From the NCBI GenBank assembly GCA_028534125.1, contig CM052816.1, forward strand, positions 39,186,001 to 39,250,000: DNA of 64,000 nucleotides. Reading direction: 5' to 3'. Both the position numbers and the translations under genes were made by a program. The notes below the pieces were generated by a model. The model was not told the origin of the DNA and did not search any database. It worked only from the letters and a program-made list of their open reading frames with translations. Positions within the stretch are counted from its first letter, which is position 1. Each line of letters starts with the position of its first letter. This document shows, one piece after another, positions 13,205-26,800 of this stretch. The DNA is from Lama glama (Eukaryota).

Positions 13205-14497
13205 TATTTTACCATGAGGGTAATGTGATTCAAATTTTAAATTAGCAATCTTCAGCAATCAGTGATAGGTTTATTCATATTTATAGATAAAAATTTCTCC
13301 TGAGAAATAGGTGTTTCAGAGGCAACGTGGAAAAACATACTGTGACTGATTTTAGTTTAATAATATGACTTTAATTCTGGCCCTAATGGAATTGCCCGGC
13401 CAGTGAGTCAGTGATTTTAGGGCCACTTTTTTGCAGCCCTCACTCCTGGCCTGTGCTGCCACTGTTGGAAACCTCTCATGATGTAGCAGGGATAATTGTA
13501 ATCACACACTGGAGGGGTGTGAGTATAATGTGCTTTACTATTTTCTCTAATCTGTTTTTATACCTAGAGGCTATAAAATGTGCCATTTCACACAATACTG
13601 GGGATTCAGAATACTTACCTGGAGCCCAAAATGACCTATAATTTTCAGATTATTCTTTTTGCCATTGATAGCCAGAAGCCCGCAGTTGATCTTGAGGATG
13701 ACTAGCTCAGTGCCAGTCAGGGCTAAAGACTGGGAGTGAGATGTCTGCCTGGGCCGGGAATCTCCGTGCTCAGCTCCTCCTGGTGCTCTAGGGGTCCTGG
13801 GGCTTTCAGCTTCTCTAGATGAACTGTGCAGCCACTCCCCTCCAAGGTGCGACCACGTTTTATCCAGTGCTGCTCGGAGAGGCGGTAGATAGAGTGTAGG
13901 CCCCGATCTTTGTGTGGCCCAGCAGCCTCCGTCCTCCCATGCATTCTGAAAGCATCTCCTCCCTCTCTCCCACCTCTTTGAGCTTGTTCAGCCTTTAGTA
14001 GAATTCCTCAGGGAACTGACACTTTCTTGAGTTTAAAAGCCAAGAAAGCAGGCTAGTTACTACTACTTTTGCTTCTATAATACCACCTTTCTCTCAGGGA
14101 AGTGGGCATAAAGAGCATGGTTACATGAATGAGGAGAAAGGAAAACTATAGAACTGACAAATTAATCTCACAGTCAATTTCATTTTCATTGTTCTTTAAT
14201 ATTATGATTAAACCGGTTTGAGTTGTTGCCTATGGGGATAACTTGGACTTTCACAAAATCAAAGTTCTTAAGCAACTTTAACAAAATAACTCCACAGAAA
14301 AACAGACCTAGCATGAATTTTTTTATAGATTCCCTATTTCCCAAATAGCCATTATTCCTAAATGAGACTCCACATACCTATGAAACTAACAGGGTAGTGG
14401 GTTCTCCTACCACCTGTGATAATCTCTTCTAGTACTTAATAACTTACTATCTAAAATATATTGTTTATACAGTATCATTTATGGAGCACCTACTACG

Positions 14498-14998
14498 TGT
14501 TGATGAAAGCTCCATTAGCAATCAAGAAGAAAAAAGGGAATGCTATTCAAACCTAACAGGATTATAACCTAGGAGACACTTTCAGGAAGTTCTAAGAACT
14601 GTTCCACCAGTTAGAAGTTGAAGGCATGGTTATATACATTTTCAGGACAAAGGATTGTACATCAAAATGACATATTGATATTTTACATGAAGTTCACCAA
14701 GGATACATAGGCCAGGTAAGCATGTACAGAGCAAATAGCAAGTCACCATGACCCTCCACAGAGTTGGGAAAGAATGCTTCTCTTTTAAGTAGTTACACTG
14801 CTAGTTTCAGAAGAAGGGGGAAAAAAAGATTTTTATGGTCCAGCAGGCACTCCCATCTTTGAAAAGGTGTGGTTAACGTGTAATGCAGATGCATGTTGCA
14901 CATTAAGGAGGGAGAGGGGAAGCCCAAATGGACACAGAGGAAGAATTTTATGTTTAAATTTTCTTGTCCTGCCTTAAAATACAAATTTTCTTTCATCA
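14498..14998. mobile_element. Probable ERV solo LTR inserted into an L2 3' end
   Basis: Inverted termini tgatgaaag (14501-09) and ctttcatca (14990-98); duplicated flank tacg(tgt)/tatg(tgt). Removing it restores L2 sequence gagcacctactatgtgtca…ccctgccctcat. Confidence 0.75.
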
Positions 14999-17208
14999 TA
15001 TGTGTCAAACATTTTTCCAAATAGTAGGGATATTTTAGTGAACAAAATAGATACAAATCCCTGCCCTCATCGTGCTCATGTTCTAGTGGATAATGATTTT
15101 AAATGACAGGCTTAGTGGAATGAAGCTGTAAACACATGCCTGTATTTAAACTTAATTAACAAAATATTATCCCAATTTGTAGACAACCAACTGACTATTA
15201 GCATATAAATATATTTTTCATAGGTACTATTCCTGGACCATTTATTTTTTGTCTAGCAGCAGACACTTCTTGTGTCCTGTGACATACTGAGAGTTATGAA
15301 AGTGAATATTGTTGATTTTATGACAACATAAAAATGTCCTATGTAATGACAGAAATAAGTAAGCTTTGACTTTTTTTATAATTATAGATTAAACAACTTG
15401 CTTACAAAACTAGGCACCAAGTAGATAGTAAGGTAGTTGTTTAGTAATTGAGAAAGAGTTCCATAGATAAGAAGGAAATAGTTAAGAAAAATTTAGAACT
15501 ATATAATATTGCTTATTACATTGCATTTACAAAATGTATGTTTTTGATTTATTATAAATAATACCTTTTTCTCATTTGGAAGTATCTTGTCTGTGGAAAT
15601 ATTTAACTAACATACAGTAGAAGAAATAAAATTAGTTCTGTATGATGTATTCCACGTGATAATATAGCACAAAAAAAGACAGAGAATGGAGCCAGTTTGG
15701 AACAAAGAAATAACGCCAGACAGTAACTGGAATCCATAGGAAGAAATGAAGAATATCAGAAAAGGTATGTATATAGGTTAATAAAAAAAGAAAACCTTCA
15801 TATATATGTGTATATTTTCTCCTTTGTTCTCTTAATTTCTATAAGATTTTATAAGCAAAATTTTTAATACTATGTTGCTGGGTTTATAGCATATATAGGC
15901 ACAAATGAGGGCGTATGGAACAGATCTATATTGAAACAAAGTTTCCATATTTTACTGAAATTAAATTAATGTTGATCTGAAGTGGCATTTGAGCAGAGAT
16001 TTAAATAAAACGAGATATGAGACATAGGACTATCGGAGCAGAGTGTTTCAGACTATTTGCAGGAAAGATGCAAGGCAAATGTGTTGGGTTTATTGAGGAA
16101 ACCAAGAAGGTTGGAGTGGAGTCTACAATGGAGGGAAACTCATTACTCAGTCACTTCAACACATTCACATTTTTATATACACCGTGTGATCCTTAATAAC
16201 TATTATATTAGTTAAATTCATTATTTTTTATATATGCTAAGGGATAAAGAAAATGTCAAAAAAAAAAGAAAAAAGGCACAGAAAATGGTAATAATATGTA
16301 ATTGAGGAGTCCAGCTCCAGGCCAGAATCCTATGTGTGATCTTTTAAGCCCAACCATTTGTAATTACAAAGGCTCTACCTGGAAGATCTCATGGAAGAAA
16401 ACTGCCCTCTCCTCAGCAGACCTGGTATCAGTCTGGAGGGAGTTACATTCAAGGATTCTGCTCCTCCCTTGCCCAGTCATGCTCTTAATATGCATGTTTT
16501 TTTCAGTCCTAGCCCAAATACCTCAGTTTGGAGACATTTTTATCCGGAGCACTTGGCCAAGGCTTCTCTCAGGTGCCTCTGCTGAGACCACATTATTGGA
16601 AAGCCTCGAGGATATTTTTCGTCATTCTGACTCAGTATTCAGAACTTTCCCCCTTGCACCCATCTCTCCCTCTCCACCAAACACCTGGGTTCATAAAAGG
16701 AAAGGAGCCCTTTGCTAGGGGTCTCCTCAGCAATGAGACAATTCTGAAGTCTGTGCTGATCTGCCTGACCCTTGCCTGGTGCTATTCTGTGGGAAGAATG
16801 GAACCCTGGGGGAGCCAGTGCTTTCTCATGTTTAGCCTCTTACTTATACCATCACTGATAAAAGTCTTACTCTTACTTCTGTTTTAATCAGCTACTCAGT
16901 CAGTCACCTGGCAGGTTAGCTGTCTCCAATTTAGCTTCACTCCTGAGAGAAATGTCTTTCTCTTTAATTAATGTCACCTAGTCATGGTACCTGATTAGAT
17001 TCCCATTCTTTACACTAAGAATTACATATGCTCAAATATGGTTTCAGATGTTACAATCTTTGCCCGCAGGAGAGGCACAAGTGCAGAATCAGAAATTCCA
17101 TAAGCAGTGAGATCAACTATGTTATGCACTGTGAACAAAAGCTGGAGTAAGGCAGAGGCAAAATGGAAGTCAGAATATGATGGCTAATTCAAGATATCAT
17201 TATATTAA

Positions 17209-17531
17209 TGCTATGGTCTAAATGTTTGTGTCCCTCCCAAATTTGTATGTTGAAATCCTAATTTCTAAGGTGATGTTAATAGGAAGTAGGGCCTTTGGAA
17301 GGTGCTTATGTTATGAAAGTGGAGCCCTCATGACTGGAATTAGTGCCCTTTATAAAGAGTCCACAGAGCTCCCTCGCCCTTTCTACCCTATGAGGGAACA
17401 AGAGAAGTCTGCAACAAAGAAGAGGGCCCTCACCTGACCATGCTGGCACCCTAATCTTAAATTCCAGAAGTATTGTTTATAAGCGATCCAGTCTGTGATA
17501 CTTGTTATAACAGCCCCAATGGACTAAGACA
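17209..17531 (+). mobile_element. MaLR solo LTR (MLT1A-like) with a perfect 5-bp TSD
   Basis: tgctatggtctaaatgtttgtgtccc...ggactaagaca; TSD ATTAA at 17204-08 and 17532-36. Confidence 0.92.
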
Positions 17532-17934
17532 ATTAACAACTAACTTTAACCCAGAGATCTGAATCCAGAAAGTTAGACGAGAGTTTGAACTGGAAAAGAA
17601 TAGGTGACAGGAACAAGACAGCCATCTAGTAGAGGGTTTCTAAAAATCTTTTGTCACCTCTTAAGAAGTAAGGATGTCCTTGGAGTATCAGGCACACAAG
17701 AATTAGGAGACAGTGGCTACTTGACTCAGGACAACTACTAAATACATATAAGCTAATCTATGAACTAACAGAAAACATCTCATCCAACTGGGTGCAAAGC
17801 CAGGACCCCATTTCCTCTGAGTGCAACTTCACTACAGAGAACATAGGATGTATATGATCATTAAATGAAACAGAGAATGAGGTCTATAACAAGAACAGTT
17901 CAATTAGGGGTGTATTTTTCTCCCAAAATGGAAA

Positions 17935-20050
17935 TCCTCACCACTGCTTTTCAACATCGTACTGGAACTACTAGTTAATACAATAATACAGGAAAATGAA
18001 ATTAAAAGTTTATAGACTAGGAGAGAAGAAATAAAACTGTCTTTGTTTGCAGATGATATGATGAACTATGTAGAAAATCCAAAAGAATAAAAAACTGGAA
18101 TAAGCAATTATAGTAAGGTTACAAGGTACAAGTTTAATATACAAACATCAATTGCTTTCCTGTATGCCAAAAATGAACAAGTGGAATTTGAAATTAAAAA
18201 CACAGTACCATTTACATTAACACCCAAAAGTGAAATCCTATGGTATAAGGCTAACGGAATATGTACAATGTCTATATAAGGAAAATTACAAAACTCTGAT
18301 GAAAGTAATAAAAAAGAACTAAATAAATAGATTTATGCTCCTGGCTAGGAAGACAAAATATTTTCTAGATGTCAGTTTTTCCCAACTTGATCCTTAGATT
18401 CCATGCAATCCCAATCAAAATTCGATCAGTTATTTTACGGGTGTGACAAACTGATTCTAAAGTTTATATGGAGACCCCAAATTCTCGGAATAGCCAACAA
18501 AATATTGAAGGAGAAGAATGTTGAAAGTTGGAGGACTGATGCTGCCAGACTTCAAGACTTAGTATAAAGCTGTATTAATGAAGACATTGTGGTATTGGTG
18601 AAAGAATAGACAAAGATAAAAAAAAACCAGACTAGAGAACCCAGAAATAGATCTAAATGTATATAGTCAACTAATCTGTGATAAAGGAGCAATGCAACCC
18701 AAAGAAGCAAAGATAATCTCTTCAACTAATGATGTTGGAACAACTGGACATCCACATGTTAAAAAAAATGAATTTAGACACAGATTTTATACAGTTCACA
18801 ACAATTACCCAAAGTGAATCATAAACCTAAACATAAAATGCAAAACTACAAAACTCATGTATGCTAACATAGGAGAAAACCTAGATAACCTGAGGATGGT
18901 GATGGCTCATTCGATTAATTGTCAAAGGCATGATCCATGAAAGATATAACTGATAAGCTGGATTAATTAAAATCAAAAACTTCTGCTCTGCAAAAGACAA
19001 TCTAAAGATAAGCCACAGACTGGAAGAAAATATTTGGAGAAGACACATCTAATAAAAGACTGCTGTCCAAAATATGAGAACTCTTAAAACTGAACAATAA
19101 GAAAATGACCTGATTTTAAAATGAGCCAAAGACCTTAACAGGTATTTCATCAAGGAAAATATATAATTGACAAGTAAGTATATGAAAAAATGCTCCACAT
19201 CATATGTCATCAAGAAAATGCAAACTAAAACAACAATGAAATACCACGATACACCTATTAGAATGGCCAGAACCTGGAACACTGTCAACACCAAGTCCTG
19301 GAGAGAATGTGGAACAACAGGAATTCTCATTTGTTGCTGATGGGAATGTTGAATGGTACAGCCAATTAGGAAGACAGTTTGGCAGTTTCTTGCAAAACTA
19401 ACCATACTCTTACCATGAGACCCAGCAATCAGACTCCTTGGTATTTACCCAAAGGAGTTGAAAACTTCTATCCACACACACAAAAAAACGTGCACACATA
19501 TTTATAGCAGATTTATTCCTAATTGCTAAAATTGGCAATTTTTAGCATAATTTGCTTTGGAAGCAAACAAGATGTCCTTCAGTAGGTGAATGGATAAATA
19601 AACTGTGGCGTATCCAGACAATCGGATATTATTCAGCACTAAAAAGAAATGAGCTATCAAGCCATGAAAAGACAGGAGGCTAACTTAAATTCATACTACT
19701 AAGTGAAAGAAGCCAATCTGCAAAGGCTAAATATTGTCTGATTCCAACTACATAACATTTTGGAAAAGGCAAAAAACTATGGCAACAGTAAAAAGATCAA
19801 TAGTTGCCAGGGATTAAGAGGGAGGGAAAGAGAAGGATGTATAGGCAGAGCACAGATAATTCTAAGGGCAATGAAACTACTCTGTATGATACTATAATGG
19901 TGGATACATGTCATTATAAACTTGTCCAAACCCTTAGAATGTACAATATCACAAGCAAACTGTAAGGTAAGTGATGGACGTTAAGTGATAATGATTTTTC
20001 AGTGCAGTTTCATCAGTTGCAGTCAATTCTGGTGGGTGATGTTGAAAATG
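17935..20050 (+). mobile_element. LINE-1 (L1MC1-like) ORF2 3' half and 3'UTR
   Basis: Degenerate RT motif ctttgtttgcagatgatatg (LFADDM), further ORF2 C-terminal remnants, and an L1MC-type 3'UTR. Confidence 0.9.
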
Positions 20051-20480
20051 TTCATTATTTTTCCTTTCACTTTCATATTTTCATATAATATTTCTTTCAT
20101 TCAGCAATGCTGATATTTTAATCTATTTTTTATTAATGTACTTATTAATACTTTTTGCTTCTAAAAGCACTGGAAGCAACAGGGAGCATTTATTTTAAGG
20201 AGAAATAAATTATAGGACTACCTAGGAAAACAGGATTTACTTGTTTCAGAAACTGATACTGAACGGCATATGGCAATGTTATTACTGAATTAATTTCTCT
20301 TCTTCCTTGTTTCTAAGACTAAAAGGAAAACATATTGTGTTACTTCGTTCCTATGAATCGATAAAAGGGAAGATTTATAGTTTTTTAAATGTGAATTTTA
20401 TGTAAAAGTCATTGCATAACATAATAATTATCTTTAAAAGCAGTTATGACAAAACTGCACAAATGTTTTTCATATCCTAC

Positions 20481-20908
20481 TGCAACAGGCAGAAAAATGG
20501 CCCCTCAAAAATGTCCATGTCCTTATCTCTAGGACCTGTGACTATGTTATCCTATGTGACAAAGGAGAATTAGGATTGCAGATGGAATTAAGGTTCTAAT
20601 CAGCTGACCTTAAAATAGACTATCCTGGATTATCCGGTTAAATGTAATGATGAGAATCCTGAAAGGTGGAAGAGGGAAGCAGAAGAGCCCATGTCAGAAT
20701 GACGAGATGTGAGAAAAAGTGCCCACTTCTTGCTTCGAAGACAGAAGAAGAGAAGGGGCCAGGAGCCAAGGAATGCCACCACCTAGACTTGAATCCAGTG
20801 AGACCAATTTTGGATTTCTGATCTTCACAACTGTAAGGTAATAAATCTGCGCTGGTTTGAGTCACTGGCTTGTAGTAATTTGTTAAAGCAGCATAGCAAA
20901 CTAGTATG
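20481..20908 (+). mobile_element. MaLR solo LTR (MLT1D-like)
   Basis: ggcagaaaaatggcccctcaaaaatgtccatgtcc..gcagatggaattaaggtt..atcctggattatcc..aataaatctgc..gtaatttgttaaagcagca. Confidence 0.85.
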
Positions 20909-20944
20909 TCTATCATATTAGTCCTTAAAACCTTATAGGAATGA

Positions 20945-21298
20945 CACTGTCACAGAGATAATATTTATCACATACTCTGTTCCCTCCCCTCACTTACATT
21001 TTCCAGTCCCGTTGAAGTTAGATGTTAGTCATTCTGGCCAATGAAACGGTTCACTTTTAGATCAGATTCTTTTCTACTGCTGTGTCTGTATGGTTTAGAT
21101 GGGAAAACTACAAGATGGTAGCTCCTCAGTCAACCTGGGCCCCCGAGTGTCTATGGATTGCATAGAAGACACTCTCCCATCTTCATTGAACATGAAGTGG
21201 AGCTAGAAATAAAGTTTTTTATTATGTTAAGTCACCACAGTTTGAGTGGTAAGTTGTTACTGCAATGTGACATAGTTTGTCCTTAAAAAAAATACAGA
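20945..21298 (+). mobile_element. Old MaLR LTR (MLT1J/K-like)
   Basis: ttctggccaatgaaa..agaaataaag..tgttaagtcac..ttgttactgca. Confidence 0.55.
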
Positions 21299-21872
21299 TA
21301 CCAAATATAACTTAGCAAAGATATTTCTGTCAGCAACTAAGTTTCTCTTAATTTCTAGAATTCTGGCTTAAAGACAGAGCTTACAGAATTTAGAAGACTT
21401 CATGGCTAACATTGCCCTTAGACTGTTACGTCTTATCTATACTTTCAGCACACAAGATTTCCAATTCTAAATTGTGCTCTCTGGCTAATGGCTGAAATGA
21501 AGATGTATCTTATTGAAAAGAGCCATATGTTCTTTACTGATAATGGTCAGTAGCAGAATAAGATGCACTTACAGAAATTAAAGAGGTGGTTTTATTTTTG
21601 GTTAGAGGTAATCCCACCTTCTCATGGAGGTGCCTGGGGCGGAGGCTACAGTAAGGTCTGGCAAGGAGCCAGCATTGTTCTCCGAGAACTTTGAGCCTCT
21701 CATAGCCTGAATAATACTTCTGTGGTGGTTCAGGGTTACTTGAGAACTAAAAGTTATGGCTCTATCTTAGTCTAGAGGTTTTTAAAGGCAAGTTATTGCA
21801 ATTGACCTAGTCAACTTTAGAAGAACTTTAGTGTCCCCTAAGTTGTTTATTTCTTCACAGCAGACTGGGTCC

Positions 21873-22340
21873 TGTTAGGTCAAAGATCACCGGTGCCAAA
21901 CTAAAATTTACACATCAACTGTTTTCAACATAGCCTAAATAAACAGAATTTTATCCATTTTGAGCTTGCCTGCTATGCCCCAAATCTGCTAGCCATGGAT
22001 AAAATGAACCCTATGGCTATAAAAGACTGAGAGCTGCTGCTGCCCTTTGGAGGCCGCTGACCCAGACTTCCTGATGGACTCCTGAGTGACAGCTCTTAGA
22101 CATGTAAGCGCCCTCTCTGAGCCCCCTGTCGCCTGGGAGTTCCCTTGCCCCTCTCCCTTCTTCTAGATAGTCTTCACATCCCTTCCCGTGCTTACGCTTC
22201 CAAATGCTGTCACGCTGTGGGGGACTTTCCCCCCAAGTAAACCTGTCAAAGTGTGCTGAAATAAGGCTCATGGTACTACTGCCACCTCATGGTTATACCT
22301 GTTCCCTCAATCAGCCCTGAAGCCCTTCAGACTCACTACA
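21873..22340 (+). mobile_element. Probable ERV solo LTR
   Basis: TG...CA termini, a tataaaa box at ~22018, and GC-richer R/U5-like sequence; no TSD found. Confidence 0.55.
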
Positions 22341-22639
22341 AAACCTTATAGAATGTCTGACTTTTGTTTATCATTGCTGGGCCAACTAAATGTTAATAGT
22401 CAAAAATACCTCCAAGTAGCTGAGAAAATTCACTAGTTAAATGGGATTACATATTATCCATTTGGATTATGGTGAGTAATCACCTGCAAAAACTCGTAGT
22501 TTTACTTTGACATTGTTAGATGTTAAATTTTAATTCATTTGGCAATAGGTTCAGATGCTTTGTAAAACTTTATTTTGATTTAGACTGATTTCATTAACAG
22601 CAATATAACTGCTACTGTAAGGGACTTTGTGAGCACATT

Positions 22640-22772
22640 ATAATGCTGTGACTTTGATAGACCAGGATTTGAATTACAATTTTCTCACTTAATTATGTAA
22701 ATTTGGGCAAGTTATCTAACTACTTTAAGCCACTTTCCTCATTGAAAAACATAGGAATAATTGTATAGTACA
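22640..22772 (+). mobile_element. MIR SINE (5' piece; the remainder is at ~23830-23920)
   Basis: MIR core tttgggcaagttatctaac..ttcctcatt. Confidence 0.7.
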
Positions 22773-22774
22773 AT

Positions 22775-23782
22775 GGGTCTTAGTTATCTATTACTATATA
22801 AGAAACTAATCTAAAATTTAATGGCTTAACATGACATTTATCATCCAGTTTCTGTGGATCAGGAATTTGGAGGCCGTTTACCTGGCTTCTGTTGCTCCAG
22901 GTCTCACAGGGCTGGGAATCAATGTGTCAACTATAGTCCTCTCAAGTCTTACACGGAGAAGAATCTTCTTCTGAGTTCAATCATGAGATAATCTTACAGT
23001 TGTTGGTAGGACTCAGTTTCTCAAGGGATGTTGGAATAAGGGCCTCAGCGACTCCAGTGGCATTTGACCATAAGCCACCCTCAATTCTTTGCCAATGTGG
23101 GCCTTTCCCTGTGGCTCACGTCATGGAACTTGCTTTATCAGGGCAGCAAGCAGGAAGAGCCCAAGAGTAAGTACAAGTCAGATGGAAGTCATAGTCTTCT
23201 ATAGCCAAATCTTGGAATTGACATATCACTTAAAAAAAAAAAAAACTCAAGTACAGTTTTATCCAGATTTCACAGTTTTTCCACCCAGGATCCTATTCAT
23301 GATGTCACAGTACATTTAGTTGTCATGTCTCCTTAGTCTCTTTGATATGTAATAATTCCTCAGTCTTTCCTTGTGTTTCATGATCTTGACATTTTTTACA
23401 AGAACTGGTAGTTATTTTGTTGAACACCCCTCAATTTGGATTAGTTGATATTTTATCATGGTTTTGTTGAGGTTTTGCATTATGAAAAGGATAACACAGA
23501 AGTGATTTGTTCTTTCCATTGTATCATATCATGGGTACATGACATCAGTATACACTGTCAGTGTCATTAAATCTGATAATTTGGAAGGTTGTATGCATCA
23601 GGATTCACTTCAGTGAAGTTACTATTTTTTTTATCAACCCACCACCACCACTTTTGACATACTGTTTATTAGAGACAAGTCACTAGGACCAGCCAGTACA
23701 CACAAGGGAAGGAGATGACATAATGGCATAAATATCAGGAGGTAGGGTTCAGTGGGAGTCATTTCAGAAGTTGCCCATCACA
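22775..23782 (-). mobile_element. MaLR LTR (MLT1F/H-like), antisense, split by an L1 fragment (~23245-23625)
   Basis: Begins tcttagttatctattact..aatggcttaac and resumes at ~23640 with aagtcactagg..atcaggaggtagg..gttgcccatcaca. Confidence 0.7.
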
Positions 23783-23944
23783 CTATGAAAGGTAAGGTAA
23801 GGATATAGAAAGTAAGTGTATAGTAGGTAAGGTAAGGCTACAATAACGTCATGCATGAAGGACTTAGCATATTACTATCCAAATAATTGGTAGCTATCCT
23901 AATGATAATTATAATGATAACTATTCTGTGGCTCTCTTTCAGAT

Positions 23945-24101
23945 TGATTCATTCAACAAATGTTTATTAAACCTTTATCATGCTAAAACTGTAAATATGA
24001 AACTATTCTGGTTTAGAAGAGAGTTAATAATAAATAGGTAAGGAAAATGTTTGTGAACTGTGATGAATGATACAAGGAGAGCAATCAGGGCAAAGTGATT
24101 T

Positions 24102-24133
<32 letters not shown>

Positions 24134-24490
24134 GTAGATTATTTCAATCAAGCCAGAAAAAGCCTACTTGAAATGACACTTACGCTAAGATTGAATTTTG
24201 AGAAAACATCAGCTTTACAAGATCCTGGAAAGTAATATCTTGGGAAGAGATTAGCAAGTTCAAGGACAACGAGGCAGAGAAGATTTGCCATGTGAAGGAC
24301 ATGGGAAAAACTTATGACTAAAGTATACTGAGCAAGGGGTAAAATGCTATCAGTTAATGTTGAAGAGATAGGCAGGGGCTAAAGTCTCTAGAACCTTGTA
24401 GGACATGGGAGGGATATTATTTTATCCTAAGTATGATGGAAAGCATTGGCGTGTTTTATGACAGGTAATGATAAGATCTTATTTTAATAA
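23945..24490 (-). mobile_element. LINE-2 3' end, containing a (TG)n microsatellite at ~24107-24132
   Basis: Starts with ttcattcaacaaatgtttatt, the reverse complement of the L2 tail. Confidence 0.75.
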
Positions 24491-25857
24491 ATTTTTGTCT
24501 AATTGCAAATTACAGAAAACTTGCAAGAACGATGCAAGAAAGTTCTGTGTATGTGAGTGAAAATTATGACAATGCCAGCTCTCTGTAAGCAAATCTATTA
24601 TCAAAACATTTAAAATGGTATACTGGCCTTCAGTTTTCTAGGATTCAAAAGAAGACTTTTCCATACCTACCATATGACGACCAGGGATCATAATATTCAG
24701 ACCACTTTCTCTTTACGTATCCAGATAATAATTCATACATTTTTGGTGACTACTGAAATTATCTCTACTGTTTAAGTTTGGGACAACCATGAAATCACAC
24801 CTGCTGACTAGTGGGAAACTATTTTTCAGATCAGCCTCTGCTGTCTGGTGTCATTGCAAGTATCCCCTGGGCAATTTTATTTTATTGCTTGAATTTCACC
24901 TTAGGATTTTTGCCTTTACTCTTGACTTTTTCATTTTGGCAATGAATGTAGGTACAAGTTTCTGAACCATGGACATTATAAAGGAATATGTAATTGACCC
25001 AAACTTTTGACACCAACAATGATGCTTGAATATTATGACACTTACATGAGAGTACCTAACTGGTTTGCGCCTGCAGTATCTTCATACTCAGAGCATGCCA
25101 TACTTACTGATTTATTACAGTCCCTTCAGGAAGTTGCATGGCATTCATCTGAGATACCTTTTATGTTCAGGTCCATTATTTGGGAAAGTATTTGTTGGTG
25201 TACAATTGTTTGTGCTTTAGTGTTTTATGACTCATACCACGCCATGAATGACCCAAAGACTAGGTAATATCATCACCTGATTTCTTTCTTGTTCTCTTCC
25301 CACCCACATATCAGAATTCAATCTGTATACTTTGAATGCCTTAGACATAAATAGAAAGCAAGAGTCAGGGTAAACAATACGTGAGAAGTCCAAGAGATTT
25401 ATTGTCTATTCAGTTAAGGAGTGCTAAGAAAGTCAACAAACATCTTAGCCAGTGAGCTCATGAATGGTTCTGGTTAGAATAGAACACAGTCCATTTATTT
25501 GTCTGGCCAAGGCCTGGAAGTAAACACAAGGTTGTTAGCTATGGGAATAGGATTAGGGGAAGGAATAATAGTTGTCTAGGAGAAAGACACCAGAATTCTA
25601 ACTATGGCTCTGACACTAAACGGATGTTAGACAAAATAAATTTTAATCAAGTTTATATTTTATGAAATTAATGGGTTACAGAGCTTTTGCCTCATTAAAT
25701 TTCAGATTTGGAAAAGTGTTCAGTGGTTGTCTAACCCAAATCTCTGTAGTTTGAATGCTTCCCACCATATCCCTAAAAACTGACCAACTAGCTCCTCCAG
25801 TGAAAGAGAATTTATTATCTACTGAGGCAATCTATCTCATTTTGTATAGCTCTAATT

Positions 25858-26800
25858 CAGTGGGTCTTAAACTTTTTTGTCTCACAATCCATTTATACTG
25901 TTAGAACTTACTAAGCATCACAAAGAGCTATGACTATTGATAGATACAGATTAATAGATCTGCAATCCACTGACTTATTAGAAATTAAAATAAGGTATTT
26001 AAATAATTAGTTCATTTAAAATGACAATAATAATCCCATTAGATATTAACAAACATTTTAAGTTTTTGATAATTACAAACTAGACATAGAAAGACAACTA
26101 CTGCATGATCTCAATTATATGTGGAATTTTTTAAAAAGTTGAATTCATAGTGACAAAAAGTAGAATGGTGGCTACTAGGGACTGGAGGAGGTGGGAGGGG
26201 GAAAGAGGAGATGTTGGCTTTTTCAGTTTTAAGATGAATAAGTTCTGGAGACCTAATGTACAACATAGTGACTACAGTTAATAATGATGCACTGTACACT
26301 TGAAATTTGCTAAGAGAATAGACCTGAAGCGTTCTCATACCACACACACACACACACACACACGTACACGTACACACACACGCACAAAGGTGAGGTGATA
26401 GGTATGTTAGCTTGATTGTGGTAATCATTTCACAGTGTATACATATATTAAAATATGTTGTACACCGTAAGTATATAAAATTTTTATCTGTCAATCATAC
26501 CTCAATAAAGTTGAAACAATTATATTTTCAAAAATTATAGTGAGAAAAATAAAATGGTTTTTATCTTTTTTCAAATCTCTTTAATATCTTGCTCTATAAG
26601 GGGTTCTTACATCTTCTTTTTTGTGATTTGACATGTCAAGTAGCCCCTGGAGAACTTCACTGTTCACTGGTAAGAAAATGAGAATCTAAAAGGCAAATAA
26701 CATCCTAGTATTATTTTAAATAAAGTTGTGAACTTGCAGATTCCTTGATAAGATCTCAGATTGTCCCTGAGTTTCCTCAATCACATTTTGGGAACCATTG
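25858..26800. mobile_element. hAT-Charlie DNA transposon with TIRs and an 8-bp TSD, interrupted by an L1 3' end
   Basis: Termini cagtgggtcttaaa and tttgggaaccattg; TSD ctctaatt (25850-57) / ctccaatt (26801-08). Confidence 0.85.
26080..26520 (+). mobile_element. LINE-1 3' end (L1MA-like) with an internal (CA)n
   Basis: agttctggagacctaatgtacaacatagtgactacag..acttgaaatttgctaagaga..tacctcaataaagt. Confidence 0.88.

Noticed and set aside
16302..16887. Overlapping 138-aa and 119-aa ORFs
   Set aside because: Non-ATG starts, no recognisable family and no exon structure.
24600..25270. Unique-looking stretch with an 86-aa ORF, possible processed pseudogene
   Set aside because: No protein similarity that I can recognise on either strand, and no poly(A) or TSD; a BLASTX search would settle it.
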